Assembly (NCBI GenBank): GCA_002269645.1
Contig: NIVC01000570.1
Location: 372,001-436,000 of the forward strand
Direction: 5' to 3'
Origin: Macrostomum lignano
Lineage: Eukaryota
DNA: 64,000 nt
How positions within the stretch are numbered: the first letter of the stretch is position 1; the number at the start of each line of letters is the position of its first letter. Of the stretch, positions 50,401 through 64,000 are shown piece after piece. The notes beneath the pieces were generated by a model. It had not been told where the DNA came from. It made no database searches and saw only the letters and a program-made list of their open reading frames with translations. Made by a program: the position numbers and the translations under genes.

Positions 50401-53400
50401 CGAAGCTGAGGAAGAAATTCCATCTCCATTTACCTGGTAAATAAGCAGCATCGTACGTCGAAGTCGCTTCATCGAAGATTAAGACAACTCACAGCTGACC
50501 GTACTTTGGACTCTGATCGGAACCGCCCAACTCCTAAAAATTAAGCGTGAAATCTACACAGCCCTTATTCGCTGATCAGTTTTAACAAATATAACAACCA
50601 GCACGATCTAAATAAGCACCTAAAAATCCAAAATATTTGTGTTGACAAGCTTTTTCATTTTTGTCAAGTCGCAAGTTGTCATGTGGAGCACTTGAAGAAA
50701 CGAGTGTAAATCGTCTTGTAGTTAATAATTTGTCGCAGGAAATTCAACAAAAAAGTGTTGAATTATAAGATACTCATTAGGAAGTTTTTGGTTATTCATT
50801 TATTCATTTCACAATTTCAAATAAACTCAACTTTATTGTTGATTTCACAGTGCTCAACAGTAAAACTACCAAGAGAGGGGAGCTTCTGGACCTTCAACAG
50901 GTGGCCCCATGTGACTATGGACGAGCTGTTGCAAAATTCTCCTGTTTCGCCGATCAAGCTTCAATAATGGGCAAGCCTCAACTGCTGGACATGCGTCATC
51001 AACCTGACGCCGTCGGTACCTTCAACAGATTAGCTGAGCCTGGATGAAGGCAAGTGATCAACGAAGTCAGAGCTTCAGACACATATGGTCGACGTACTGA
51101 TGAAATTCGGAGGCTGCACTGAGGCGCAGGGCTGATTGGCGCACAGGGGTGTACTGAATACACTAGGACTTCATCATCAAGGGAAAAATCCGATCTTCTG
51201 GATCTTCTGGCAGAATCGTCGAATATCTCAACGGTCCGGAGGGCTGGCGAATTTTTTCTTGTTTGAGACGGTGCGCAACAAAAATTTTGCCCGTGTTCTT
51301 GAATTCCGTATGCCTGCGTTGCTCCGTTCTGGCGCAACAAAAAATTGTCATTGGGGAATCCCCCCTTCTTGGTAGTTCGACGGGCGGAAAATGGCTTGGT
51401 ATTCCTACTAGCTCGTAGTATTCTACATGGATAGCGAGGCCAAAAAACGATTTAAATGTACAAGGATATGATACAATGAATTAAGAATGAGCGGGGTCAT
51501 GTGGTGTCAGGTAAAAGGTGTACAATGCTTTTTTGAATTGCGAAATGATAATGATGAGATACATCTGCGCGCACTTTGAGCCTTCGCTGTCGAGTCGTGT
51601 TATAAATCTTATTGAAACCAAAATTAATTGTATTCTGTCTATTGTCCCTTGTCAAATTGTCACGCCCTTCACTTAGAGATTTCTCCTGAAATGGGCATTT
51701 GCTTCATGATGGCTCCATGAATCGAACGTTTTATTAAACGGCGCAACTAAGTCAAAAAACAAGAGAACATTCTGTGAGTTAGCGTGACTCAGCCGCAATT
51801 ATGTCAAACTCTAAAGCTGCATAACATGTTTAGTCTTATTTTGGTGACGAGTTACAAATCACCCCAACAATATAATAAATGACCGGAAAAGTTTCGAACT
51901 GCTATTTAAGCACTACGCAATAGTCCATAAAGTAGTAAGCTTGTTGCGATCGAAAAATATTTGCGAAAATGAATGAATAAGCCATAAGCGCTGAATAATT
52001 ACCATATCGAATCAACACATTTTGCTACATTTCGTGCGACAATTCACTTACTGCAAGACGCTACAAGTCTCTACAAGTTCTCCACATTACGACTTCTGAA
52101 TTAAAGAAATTTACAACGCTCAACAACACAAAACTTATGGCTTTATTGGGTGCCTAATTAGATGGTACTGGTTGTTATATTTATTATAACTGATCAGCGA
52201 ATAAGGGCAGTGAAGATTTTAGGTTTTCTATTTAAGAAGTTCAAAGTCAGAGTTCCGAGTCAGGTCAGCTGTGAGTTGTCTTAATCTTCCGATCCATGAA
52301 ACCACTTGTGCGATGTAAGATGTGGCTCATCTAACCATGAAAATGAACGTGGAAGCCCTTCTTTTCCAGCTTGGAGAACTGCTCCTCCGACAGCTTGGAA
52401 TCGTCCGAGTCGGACGGATCCTCCTTCGACTCACTTTCGGCCTTGGCCTCCTCCTGGGTGGGCTGGGCGACGGCCAGGGCGGCGCAAAGCAGAAGTCCGA
52501 GAACCAGTTGCCACTTCATGATTGCTTGAGTCGAGTCGATTCTTCGAGCTGTGTGTAGATTGAGCCGAGTCTGAGCTTGTTGTGTTCAGCTGTCGGAAGC
52601 TTCAAATTTATACGCATCGGATCGGCACGTGTTTCCGGTCCGTTGAGAGACGTTGTTTGAGCTGATGGCTTTTGCGTGAGCAGAGACAGGCGTTGCTTTA
52701 ACCGAAAAGCATGAAGCGTTTATTTTCTTGTTGACACCTGAGCAATGCTAGAACAAGTACCGCTCTAACATTTTCTCGGTGCAAATTTATTCTACGTACC
52801 GCAGTAGACTGCACTGCATTGCATTTTGCTCTTTATCAGATGCATTAGTAAAGCCAAATGACACTATCTATCGAATATGGAAAATATAGTATATGGCTTC
52901 GCGATTGTTTTCTACAATTTGTTATTTGGGCTGCTGCTAAATTCAACGTTGACATCCATTTCTGTAGTTTCCAATTGGGGTTCTAAGCTTGCCATGTGCT
53001 ATTTAGAACTCCTTATATTTGATTCCTTAATGGACTCGGGTGAGCGGATTTCATGAACAGATTTCATAGTGACATCAAGGATATCTCTTCCCTAGAGGCG
53101 CAAGATAATGTCTCGGAGCTGATGACAGGGCAGGAGAGAAGCGCCATTGGATTGCCTGCAGGTTCTCATGTTCCTGCCAGTAACGCCTGTGGTGCTACGC
53201 TCTGCAGTACAAAAGCTGATGACAAGATGGTGTTAGTCCAGTGTGCTTAGCATGGGTTGCAACCGCACATTTAAGAAAATTCAAACACTATAGGTAGTCT
53301 CGTCTGACTGCATTGAACCATCGGTTTTTCAATGGAACTCTGCTGGGTTTCAGCGTAAGTGATGATAGCGAAGTAGCGACGTAGCGACTCGAAAAAAGAG

Positions 53401-55887
53401 TATCAAAAGCTGGCAAACGGCGAACATGCATTTCTTTCGCTAGGTCTGAATTTTCCGAATTTTCTGCTTTGTTCGATCGCACACGAAATCGGCTCCCTAA
53501 ATCCGCTACCCGGGAATAAGAAAGTAAGGAATCAAATCTACGAGCTAAGGAGTTCTAAATAGCGTCTGAAAAGTTGAGAACCACTAATCAGAAATTGACA
53601 CGCAGTAGCCGAGACAAAAATCTGTAAATATCCCGTTTTGCGATATATTCTCCATAATTGATAGATAGTGTCATTTGGCTTTACTATGCAACTGACTTAA
53701 TATTCAAATGCAGTTTAGTACAGTGAGGTTCCTAAGATACATTTGCGCTGTGAAAATGCTAGAGCGGTACTTGTTTGATTGCTCGGGTGTCAAAAAGCAA
53801 ACAAACGCTACATGATATGCGCTTAAAGCAACGCTGCTCGCGCAAAGGACTTCAAATCAAACAACGTTGCTCGACGGATCGGAAACACGTGCGTATATAT
53901 TAGCAGCAGCCGACTGCTCAACACAACAAGCTCAGACTCTACTCGACTCAAGCAACCATGAAGTGGCAACTGGTTCTCGGACTTCTGCTGTTCGCAGCCC
54001 TGGTCGTCGCCGAGCCTTCCCAGGAGGACGACAAGGGCCAAAGTGATTCGAAGGATGATCCGACCGAGATGGACGTTTCCAGCATGTCGGATGAGCAGTT
54101 CCCGAAGCTCAGGAAGAAATTCCACCTTCATTTACCTGGTAAATAAGCAACATCGTACATCGAAGTCGTTTTATCGAAGAATAAGTGACTAGCACTCAAA
54201 ACTCACAGCTGACCGGACTCTGAACTCTGACTCCGAACCGAACAATGCCTGAATGGTAAACGTGAAATCTACACAGCCCGTACTCACTGATCAGTTTTAA
54301 TAAATATAACAACAAGCTGCATCCTTCTTGGTACCTAATGCAACTGTAATATATGTTTTGTTGAGCTTTGTAAATTTGCTCGAGTCACAAGTCGTCACGT
54401 GGAGAACTTGTAGACACATTGACTTTAAATACTTCAAATACTTCAAATAAGAAGTAGTTATTCTTCGCAGGAAAAATAGAAAAATGACTCGCTAATGACT
54501 GTGGAGCATGTTGGTTTGGGTTCTAATGTAGAGTAAGTCTTTCGCGAATTGTATCTTGTCAATGTTTTCATCGAGACGCGGATTTTCTATTTGGGCTCCT
54601 TTCCCTTGTATTTTTTTAATTGTCAGCTCATAAAATTGGCCCTATGAGACTGTGAAAAGCCAGAGCAGCTTAAACCGAGTTACTGCACAAAGCAACTTAT
54701 AATGGAGGCCGATCAGCAAAACAGTGCGCTCAATCACACGCCTTTCTCTTCGCTTGTTAATTAAAATCGTTAGAGAAGCCATCTTCTGGGCTTAATTATC
54801 TGAGCTCAATTGTCTGAAAGTCAGAGGCTATGCACAAATAGTTTATACTAAATTAATTTCGCATGTACCAATTATAGTTACTATTAAGGCAAGTAGTTTT
54901 TAGGGGAAGTATACAAAAGTAAACGTGAAAGGCCCTGGAAGCCTAACTTTTGAAACTTATATTGAAAGGCCCTGGAAGCAAGAGGATATACCATTCCGCT
55001 TGAAAATGCAATGGGCGAGCTCAAAGTTGTCCTGTCTTTGTCAAATTTTACTTCATGACTCTCTGAAGATAAAAAATCCTTACAGTGCTTTTTCATTCGA
55101 TATAAAGCAGTACTTGTGAATTTATAGTGTCAAAAATGAAGATAAATCTCTAATACGAGCTAAATTTGCATTTAAAGGCATTTTCATGAACCTTTATGTG
55201 CGTTTGCAAAGTTCAAGAATACGAGAATCGTCAATTTGACGATGGATACCAAATAAATGCATATCTCATCAATTATTTCACTATGTAATGTCGTCTCGCA
55301 ACCATTTGTCCTTAAAGAAACCCCTTTGGGCACCTCGCAGCGCGCCGGGCGGATTTCCATCAATGCTACCTTGTATATCGTAACCAACTATTCTCTAGCG
55401 ACGCAGTTGGACAGTCTGGCTCACCCTTCTCCGCTCTGCACCCTCGTTCTGCGCTGCGGTCCTGCAGACTCGTGAGAATCCGACCGAGCCAGGAGGCACA
55501 GCTCCCAGCGAAGAGTTCCTCGGCGCCCTCGTCCTTCAGCTGGGCATTGGCGCAGTCAATCGGCAGCTCCCAGTATCGTGGCAGCGGCAGCTCGCGCACT
55601 AGCCGGGCCGTCGCCAACCGGAATTCGTCCCTGTCCGGCTCGGCCAGCCAGGCTCTGAGGCGGGCGGCGCCAATATCTGGTGCGTAGACGCCAGACAGCA
55701 GCGCCGAGTGCCGGTAGCAGCGATAGCTCGGCGGCAGGCGGAGCGTCGCGTTTAACGACGGAGCCGAAGTCGGCGGACAGGGCAAACGGGCGTCAAACAG
55801 CAACCGCTGACGTCCGCGAATGACGAGCGTGGCTTGAAGTCGAACTGTCTGCCGGCTCGGATGGCGGCATCTGACCAGCAGAGTTAC
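35431..55887 (-). CDS. SEL1L3: SEL1L3-like protein (LamG-like region, Sel1 repeats, C-terminal TM), multi-exon; first exon not located
   Basis: Exons with GT-AG ends: 55425-55887, 41694-41817, 41174-41420, 39898-40169, ~39491-39700, 39250-39390, 38527-38909, ~37346-37784 (frameshifts), 36818-36901, 36549-36730, 35933-36197, 35431-35602. Colinear with remembered human SEL1L3 motifs (RAW, FTxSxWxYL, IGG, DLFQWxxHQAxRG, YNLGVL, GxEVAxxNLA, MGD, FNLA, PCxLA). Confidence 0.8.
35712..35888. repeat. 28-bp intronic minisatellite ACACAGACAGGACACAGGTTGCAAAAGT
   Basis: About 6 units; duplicate at 33918-34095. Confidence 0.9.
38527..38909 (-). CDS. SEL1L3: SEL1L3-like exon (start of the Sel1 repeat region)
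   Basis: LALATKHYLG...DDLFQWISHQAGRGVPWAKRKMADLLYWGSSG; CAG acceptor and GTGAGT donor. Confidence 0.85.
43198..43386 (-). CDS. Secreted His-rich prepropeptide, copy 8 (intronic; protein identical to copy 6)
   Basis: 62-aa ORF in track. Confidence 0.85.
   Translation of the reverse strand: MKWQLVLGLLLCAALAVAQPTQEEAKAESESKEDPSDPDDSKLSEEHFSMLKKKGFHVHFHG
44000..46030 (-). mobile_element. Degenerate APE-type LINE (R1/LOA-like)
   Basis: QINL...LILIHEPW (AP endonuclease), NTDW..Y...ITAAFEAAC...PW linker, LKSAFDN (RT); many stops and frameshifts. Confidence 0.75.
46875..47063 (-). CDS. Secreted His-rich prepropeptide, copy 9 (intronic; protein identical to copies 6 and 8)
   Basis: 62-aa ORF in track. 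Confidence 0.85.
   Translation of the reverse strand: MKWQLVLGLLLCAALAVAQPTQEEAKAESESKEDPSDPDDSKLSEEHFSMLKKKGFHVHFHG
48245..48522. mobile_element. MITE with 14-bp TIR TTTTGGCCATAGAC
   Basis: TTTTGGCCATAGAC at 48245 and GTCTATGGCCAAAA at 48509. Confidence 0.6.
48670..49090 (+). repeat. Degenerate dispersed repeat, homologous to 27225-27660
   Basis: Direct sequence similarity. Confidence 0.7.
49043..49293. mobile_element. MITE with TIR GAATCCCGGTAGAGA
   Basis: GAATCCCGGTAGAGA at the left end and TCTCTACCGGGATTC at the right; left-end motif also at about 2619 and 27600. Confidence 0.55.
50262..50444 (+). CDS. Secreted His-rich prepropeptide, copy 10 (FHLHLP-GK class; intronic)
   Basis: 60-aa ORF ending RKKFHLHLPGK. 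Confidence 0.85.
   Translation: MKWQLVLGLLLFAALAVAGPSEAKAESESKEDPSDSDDSKMSEEQFPKLRKKFHLHLPGK
52331..52519 (-). CDS. Secreted His-rich prepropeptide, copy 11 (EKK-GFHVHFH-G; intronic)
   Basis: 62-aa ORF in track. Confidence 0.85.
   Translation of the reverse strand: MKWQLVLGLLLCAALAVAQPTQEEAKAESESKEDPSDSDDSKLSEEQFSKLEKKGFHVHFHG
53958..54146 (+). CDS. Secreted His-rich prepropeptide, copy 12 (FHLHLP-GK class, divergent spacer; intronic)
   Basis: MKWQLVLGLLLFAALVVAEPSQEDDKGQSDSKDDPTEMDVSSMSDEQFPKLRKKFHLHLPGK. Confidence 0.85.
   Translation: MKWQLVLGLLLFAALVVAEPSQEDDKGQSDSKDDPTEMDVSSMSDEQFPKLRKKFHLHLPGK
55425..55887 (-). CDS. SEL1L3: SEL1L3-like N-terminal exon
   Basis: VTLLVRCRHP...RLRAWL...SCASWLGRIL...GCRAEK; its phase-1 donor joins the acceptor at 41818 in frame (CRAEKERVQFNEFP). 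Confidence 0.7.
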
Positions 55888-57039
55888 CTGGAGAGGTGAG
55901 GTACATAATAAAGAAGTAGAAAATTCTTTCTCTGAGATAGAGGAGCGAGGGTGGGTGGCATTGTTCCAGATGGCGGTCGAGATCGTACTGCTGTACATCA
56001 ACGAGACTGTTACGCTGACATACTCGCTCAAAAATGAGGAGACTCTTAAGATGGTCCTTCAGGGATGATCTCGTAAGATATCCCTCATGATTTCTCCTAA
56101 ATCTTGTTCCGATTTGATTATCTGGCCTTAAGAAATTACAACTGGATTTCCACTTTTATGATTAGCATCGGATGTGTACTTTATAAATCGTTCTTTGGAA
56201 ATTCTTTCCCAAGATCCCAAGATGTATCTGAAAATGTGTCCCTAAGAGAGTGTGTGTGTTAAAGACTCGAAGATTATTTCTTTCACTACGAGTGAAAAAC
56301 TGAGCACTTTGGTACAGATTTTAAGAGAGACACTTTCGAAAATCCTTAATGGAAAATCCTACCAGACACACCCAGAGAGATTTTCTCCCCTTTCTCAGTC
56401 TTATGTAGTGAGAGGGGAAGTCGATTTTGTAGCAACTGATTAAAGAATGCACAGAACCAGAGGACAGGAAAAATGCTTTTGTGATTTTCAATGAGATGCT
56501 AATGACCTGTGCTGTGGCTCATTTGTGGATCGGATTGAGTACTGATGGTATTGAAATGAAGCGAGTAATAGGGGAATTCCGCAATTTATTTCCAGACTGT
56601 GGGTTTCAAATTGACCTGAAAGTTATTTTTTCTGGGGTAGATTGCAGTGTCTTAGGAGAGGAATGATTATAGTACTCTCATGTAGCGACTTCTGTCCTCC
56701 TCCTGATTGGTCCTCACTTCTTCCCTCTTTAGCCTCTAGTTCTCACTCCATCCCTCTATTCCTTTTGCGTAGCTAACCCACCCGTTGTGGGCTTCGTTCA
56801 CTCACTCAAACTTTTGCTATTGTTTTTACAAAAAGTGACAAATTTTTGTTATTATTATTACGAAATGTGTTGTAATAGATAGATTCACACACCTCTAAAA
56901 CTGTAAACTTCAATCCCAAAATTTGGTAGAAGACTTTACACAACCAGCCTGTTGCTAAACTCTCCTCCAATCTGGAAAATATTATTCCCTAGCTTTACTA
57001 TTGAAAGTAACAAAGAAGCGTCAGAAAGGCAAGAAATGA

Positions 57040-57270
57040 AAGAAATGGACGGCAACATCGAGTGGTCCGTCAGCAACGGGTCTGCGAGCGCCATTAGCGA
57101 AAAGAGCTGAAGGAACCGTGATCGGAGCTGCTCATCGACATTGGGCATCCCGCGAGAGATCACCACCCGCATCGACCACAGTTTGATTTCAAAGAATCCG
57201 AGGACTTCCTGAAGGCGTGCGGCATCGACCATCGATAAGCTTTATTTTGTCATTCTCGAAGCCATTCCAG
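57040..57270 (+). mobile_element. Possible LTR-retrotransposon integrase relic
   Basis: LGIPREITT and PQFDFKESEDFLKACGIDHR in adjacent frames resemble the rve core GIPxxxxSDNGPQFxSxEFxxFLxxxGIxH. Confidence 0.45.
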
Positions 57271-57627
57271 CTTCGGTAACCCCAGAGCCTGCTTATTGGG
57301 TTAGCAACTCAGTAGCACTGAACTGTCATTTTCCCTCAGAAATATCTATGCATTCGAATGTAGCCACATCTGCTCATTCAAGCTAATGCAATCGCTAATT
57401 TCTGGGGGTTGGAGTTCTAACTGCCTCTGAGTCAATTCGGAGTAAGTCTCGTCTTCAAGTCGCCGAATTCATCAGCAGTCGCCCAAATCACGATTTTACA
57501 GACGCCCCATTTTAGCGCAGTTACCTCAGATACTGTGTAAACTGTCATTAAATTCGCAGCTGCCAACTGCTCAACACAACGGTCTTATATTCGACTCAAT
57601 CTACGCAACTCGAAGACTCAAGCAATC

Positions 57628-57735
57628 ATGAAGTGGCAGCTCGCTCTCAGACATTTGCTGAGGAGCCTACCCAGTAAGAGGCCATGGCCGTCCAACGTGG
57701 ACGAGCTAAACATGTCGCATCGAACTCCGACTTAA
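57628..57735 (+). pseudogene. Degenerate prepropeptide relic, copy 13
   Basis: CAAGCAATCATGAAGTGGCAGCT start context, 5' UTR-like flank and downstream ACCAAATATAA match the family; no acidic spacer or mature peptide remains. Confidence 0.6.
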
Positions 57736-58859
57736 TTTGAAATCTGAATGTACGCTCGTAAAAAGGTGAACTCTGCACTGCGGCTTCTATTCACCCGATT
57801 GGCTCTACCAAATATAAAGTGAACCAGCAACAAAATTCTGTTTAAGCGACCAGTACAACTAAAAACGATTTGGTTTTCTGAAGTAAGTCCAAGCCGTAAC
57901 ATTTTGTACGAGCGTACGTTAATGAGTAACTGACGAGGGACGATTGTCTTCTTGACTCAGTTTAAATCCTACGTCTTCTAGAATATTAAATAATGTGCAA
58001 TTTCCTGCAGTCCCGCCCCGGTGTCTTCGAGTTTTCAGATTTTGTCGGACTCGACGCGACAACAATTTTAATGCCTGTTTTTCATCTTGCTAACGTATTT
58101 AAATCAAGATTGGCTTTCAAATGAATTTTAATTCTGACAAAACTTCGGGATAAAACCGTAACTTCTAGCGGTTCCTGCGTCCTTCTCAGAGAACAGAATA
58201 CGATGATAGTGAAGAACAAAGCAAGCTTACCTGGTTACCATGACGAAGCACCTGGAGTGGCTTTCCAACCAGTCTGATGCTGCTCTCGGCTGCCACCAAG
58301 GCAAATGCCAACAAGAACACAAAGCTGCGGCAGATTCTTCTCGTCATGCTCCAGTTGCCGACTGGATTGTTGAGTCGCTGCGGGTTGCTTTTCGGGTTAA
58401 GGATCAGCTTTTTGGCCGATTATAAAAAATAATCTTGGGGAGTTTCGTAAGCAAGCCCCCTCCCATATTTTCGGCTGTCACAGCTGTTGCACTCTACTTA
58501 CCTTTCATTATTCTCTCTCTTTCTCGCTCGCTCGCTCTTTTACTATGTGCATGTTCCCCCTCCTGACTGGCCAAAGCAGAAGATCAAGATTGCACAGTTT
58601 CTAGCGATTTAGGCCAGCCCCCTTACATGTATATCTGTCTCTTGCTCTCTCTGTTTTGGGGCCACGTGGCTAACAACGAATTTTGTCAATTGCATGGCAG
58701 AGAGCGGGGGCCGGGCGTGCGACCAGATTGCTTTACTACACCGAATTTTTGTCTCGTTCTGACCAGGGCGCGCTCTCTTTGCTTCGTATCGTTATTGGTA
58801 GCAGTTAGGATTACTTGAAGAGTCATTGAGATTCATTTTGGCATTTTCGTGGGGTAAAA

Positions 58860-59460
58860 AACGGAGGGGTAAAGGGAGAGGGAGTGGGAGAGGGAGATTA
58901 AAGAGAAGTAGAAGGAGTGGCAGAGGTAGAGAGAGGGGAAGAGAGAGAGGTAGACGGAGAGGAAGAGGGGGTAGAAAGAGGAAGAGAGAGGGAGAGGGAT
59001 AAGGAGAGGGAGAGGGAGTGGGAGGAAGAGAGAAGAGAGGGAGTTAGAGCGAGAGAAGTAGAGAGGTAGAGGGAGAGAAGAGGTAAAGGGAGAGGGAGAG
59101 GGAGAGGGATAGGGAGAGGAAGAGGGAGAGGTAGAGGGAGAGGGAGAGGGAGAGGAATAGAGGAATAGGAAGAGGAAGAGGGAGAGGTAGAGAGAGTGAG
59201 AGGGAGAGGTAGAGGGAGAGGGAGAGGGAGAGGTAGAGGGAGAGAGAGAGGTAGAAGGAGAGGGAGAGGTAGAGGGAGAGGGAGAGGTAGAGCGAGAGGT
59301 AGAGCGAGAGGTAGAGGTAGAGGGAGATGGAGAGTTAGAGAGGTAGAAGGAGAGGGATAAGGAGAGTGAGAGGACGAGGGGGAGAAAGAGAGAGGGGAAG
59401 GGAGCTGGAGCGGGAGAAGTAGAGAGGTAGAGGGAGACGTAGAGGGAGAGGTAGAGGGAC
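58860..59460. repeat. Purine-rich (GA) low-complexity tract
   Basis: Direct reading. Confidence 0.9.
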
Positions 59461-60073
59461 AGCAAAAATCAATGCTACGAGCTAAAAAAGACAAGCCGAG
59501 CAATTGTTTCTTAATTCTTCAACTTCAGTGCCCGAGCGTACAGTTTTATATTTGTATGGTTTAAGTTTATACTTGCATGGCGTATTGTATTTTCTTGACA
59601 CTTTAATTTTTATTCTTACGGGAGTAAAATGTTAGAAAAAGAAAAGTACATATTGTACTCCTTGCTAATAAAGTAGCATAAGTACTTCCACAGTCGGTAC
59701 ATTGTATAGAGAGAGTCCTTCGTCGATAAACAAAGCAGAGGGGTCAGTTTTTTGAAAAGTTTAAAGGCCCTTCATTACGTTGGGTGTCTCGATTTCAACA
59801 GAAGCGAAAACTTGCCGATAAAAAATACAATTCGACAAACAAAAATGCCACGTACGAGCTATTTACCGGTACGCGTACTTCCAGTGTTGCGGATGATACA
59901 GTGGGTAAGAGCATATGGTAGTTACTACTCATACGAAGTACATAGAGTTATGAAAATGAAACAAACTGCTTTGAGCAGAGAAAAAGTTTTGGACGTGTTC
60001 AAAAGCCTGTCAGAAGCTTGAATGCCTTGCTTGCACTTCTGTCTAATTTGCTTATATCAACTAAAGCCGGCTT

Positions 60074-63875
<3,802 letters not shown>

Positions 63876-64000
63876 CTACAAGATGAGAAAAGGCACTTTA
63901 ATAGAGCTTTTTATGACCTATTAATTGACCATATTTGAATAAAAAGCGACAATAATAAATAGTCTCACTAATTGGCTCAGTCAGCTCCGATACGACCTCG

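Noticed and set aside
50850-51375. Short ORFs between peptide copies 10 and 11
   Set aside because: Interrupted in all frames with no recognisable motif; probably a decayed repeat
56936-57232. Minus-strand ORF as the first SEL1L3 exon
   Set aside because: No signal-peptide character; the plus strand is better explained as an integrase relic
58833-59503. Pro/Ser/Leu-rich ORFs
   Set aside because: Translation of the GA-rich low-complexity tract

Overview
Eukaryotic (animal) genomic DNA with spliceosomal GT-AG introns, GC-rich exons, GATA/GACA microsatellites, a short TTAGGG tract and one N gap. The style would fit a flatworm such as Macrostomum, but that is only inference. The main feature is a dispersed cluster of 13 copies of an intronless ~185-bp gene (10 intact, 1 frameshifted, 1 deleted, 1 relic). 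It encodes a prepropeptide: signal peptide, acidic spacer, (R/K/E)KK site, then a His-alternating C-terminal peptide, either GFHVHFH-G or FHLHLP-GK, both with amidation signals. I do not recognise this family. Five copies lie inside a 13.6-kb intron of a SEL1L3-like gene (minus strand, 35431-55887). Between the copies are two head-to-tail Helitron-like elements carrying tRNA-derived Pol III-type heads and different 23-24-bp minisatellites, and two minimal hammerhead ribozyme motifs. There are also a piggyBac element, a near-complete DIRS/Ngaro-type tyrosine-recombinase retrotransposon, LINE relics and MITEs. The 3' part of an unidentified spliced gene occupies the right end. Scattered 1-bp frameshifts suggest assembly indel errors. 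Comparisons with human SEL1L3 are from memory, not from a search.
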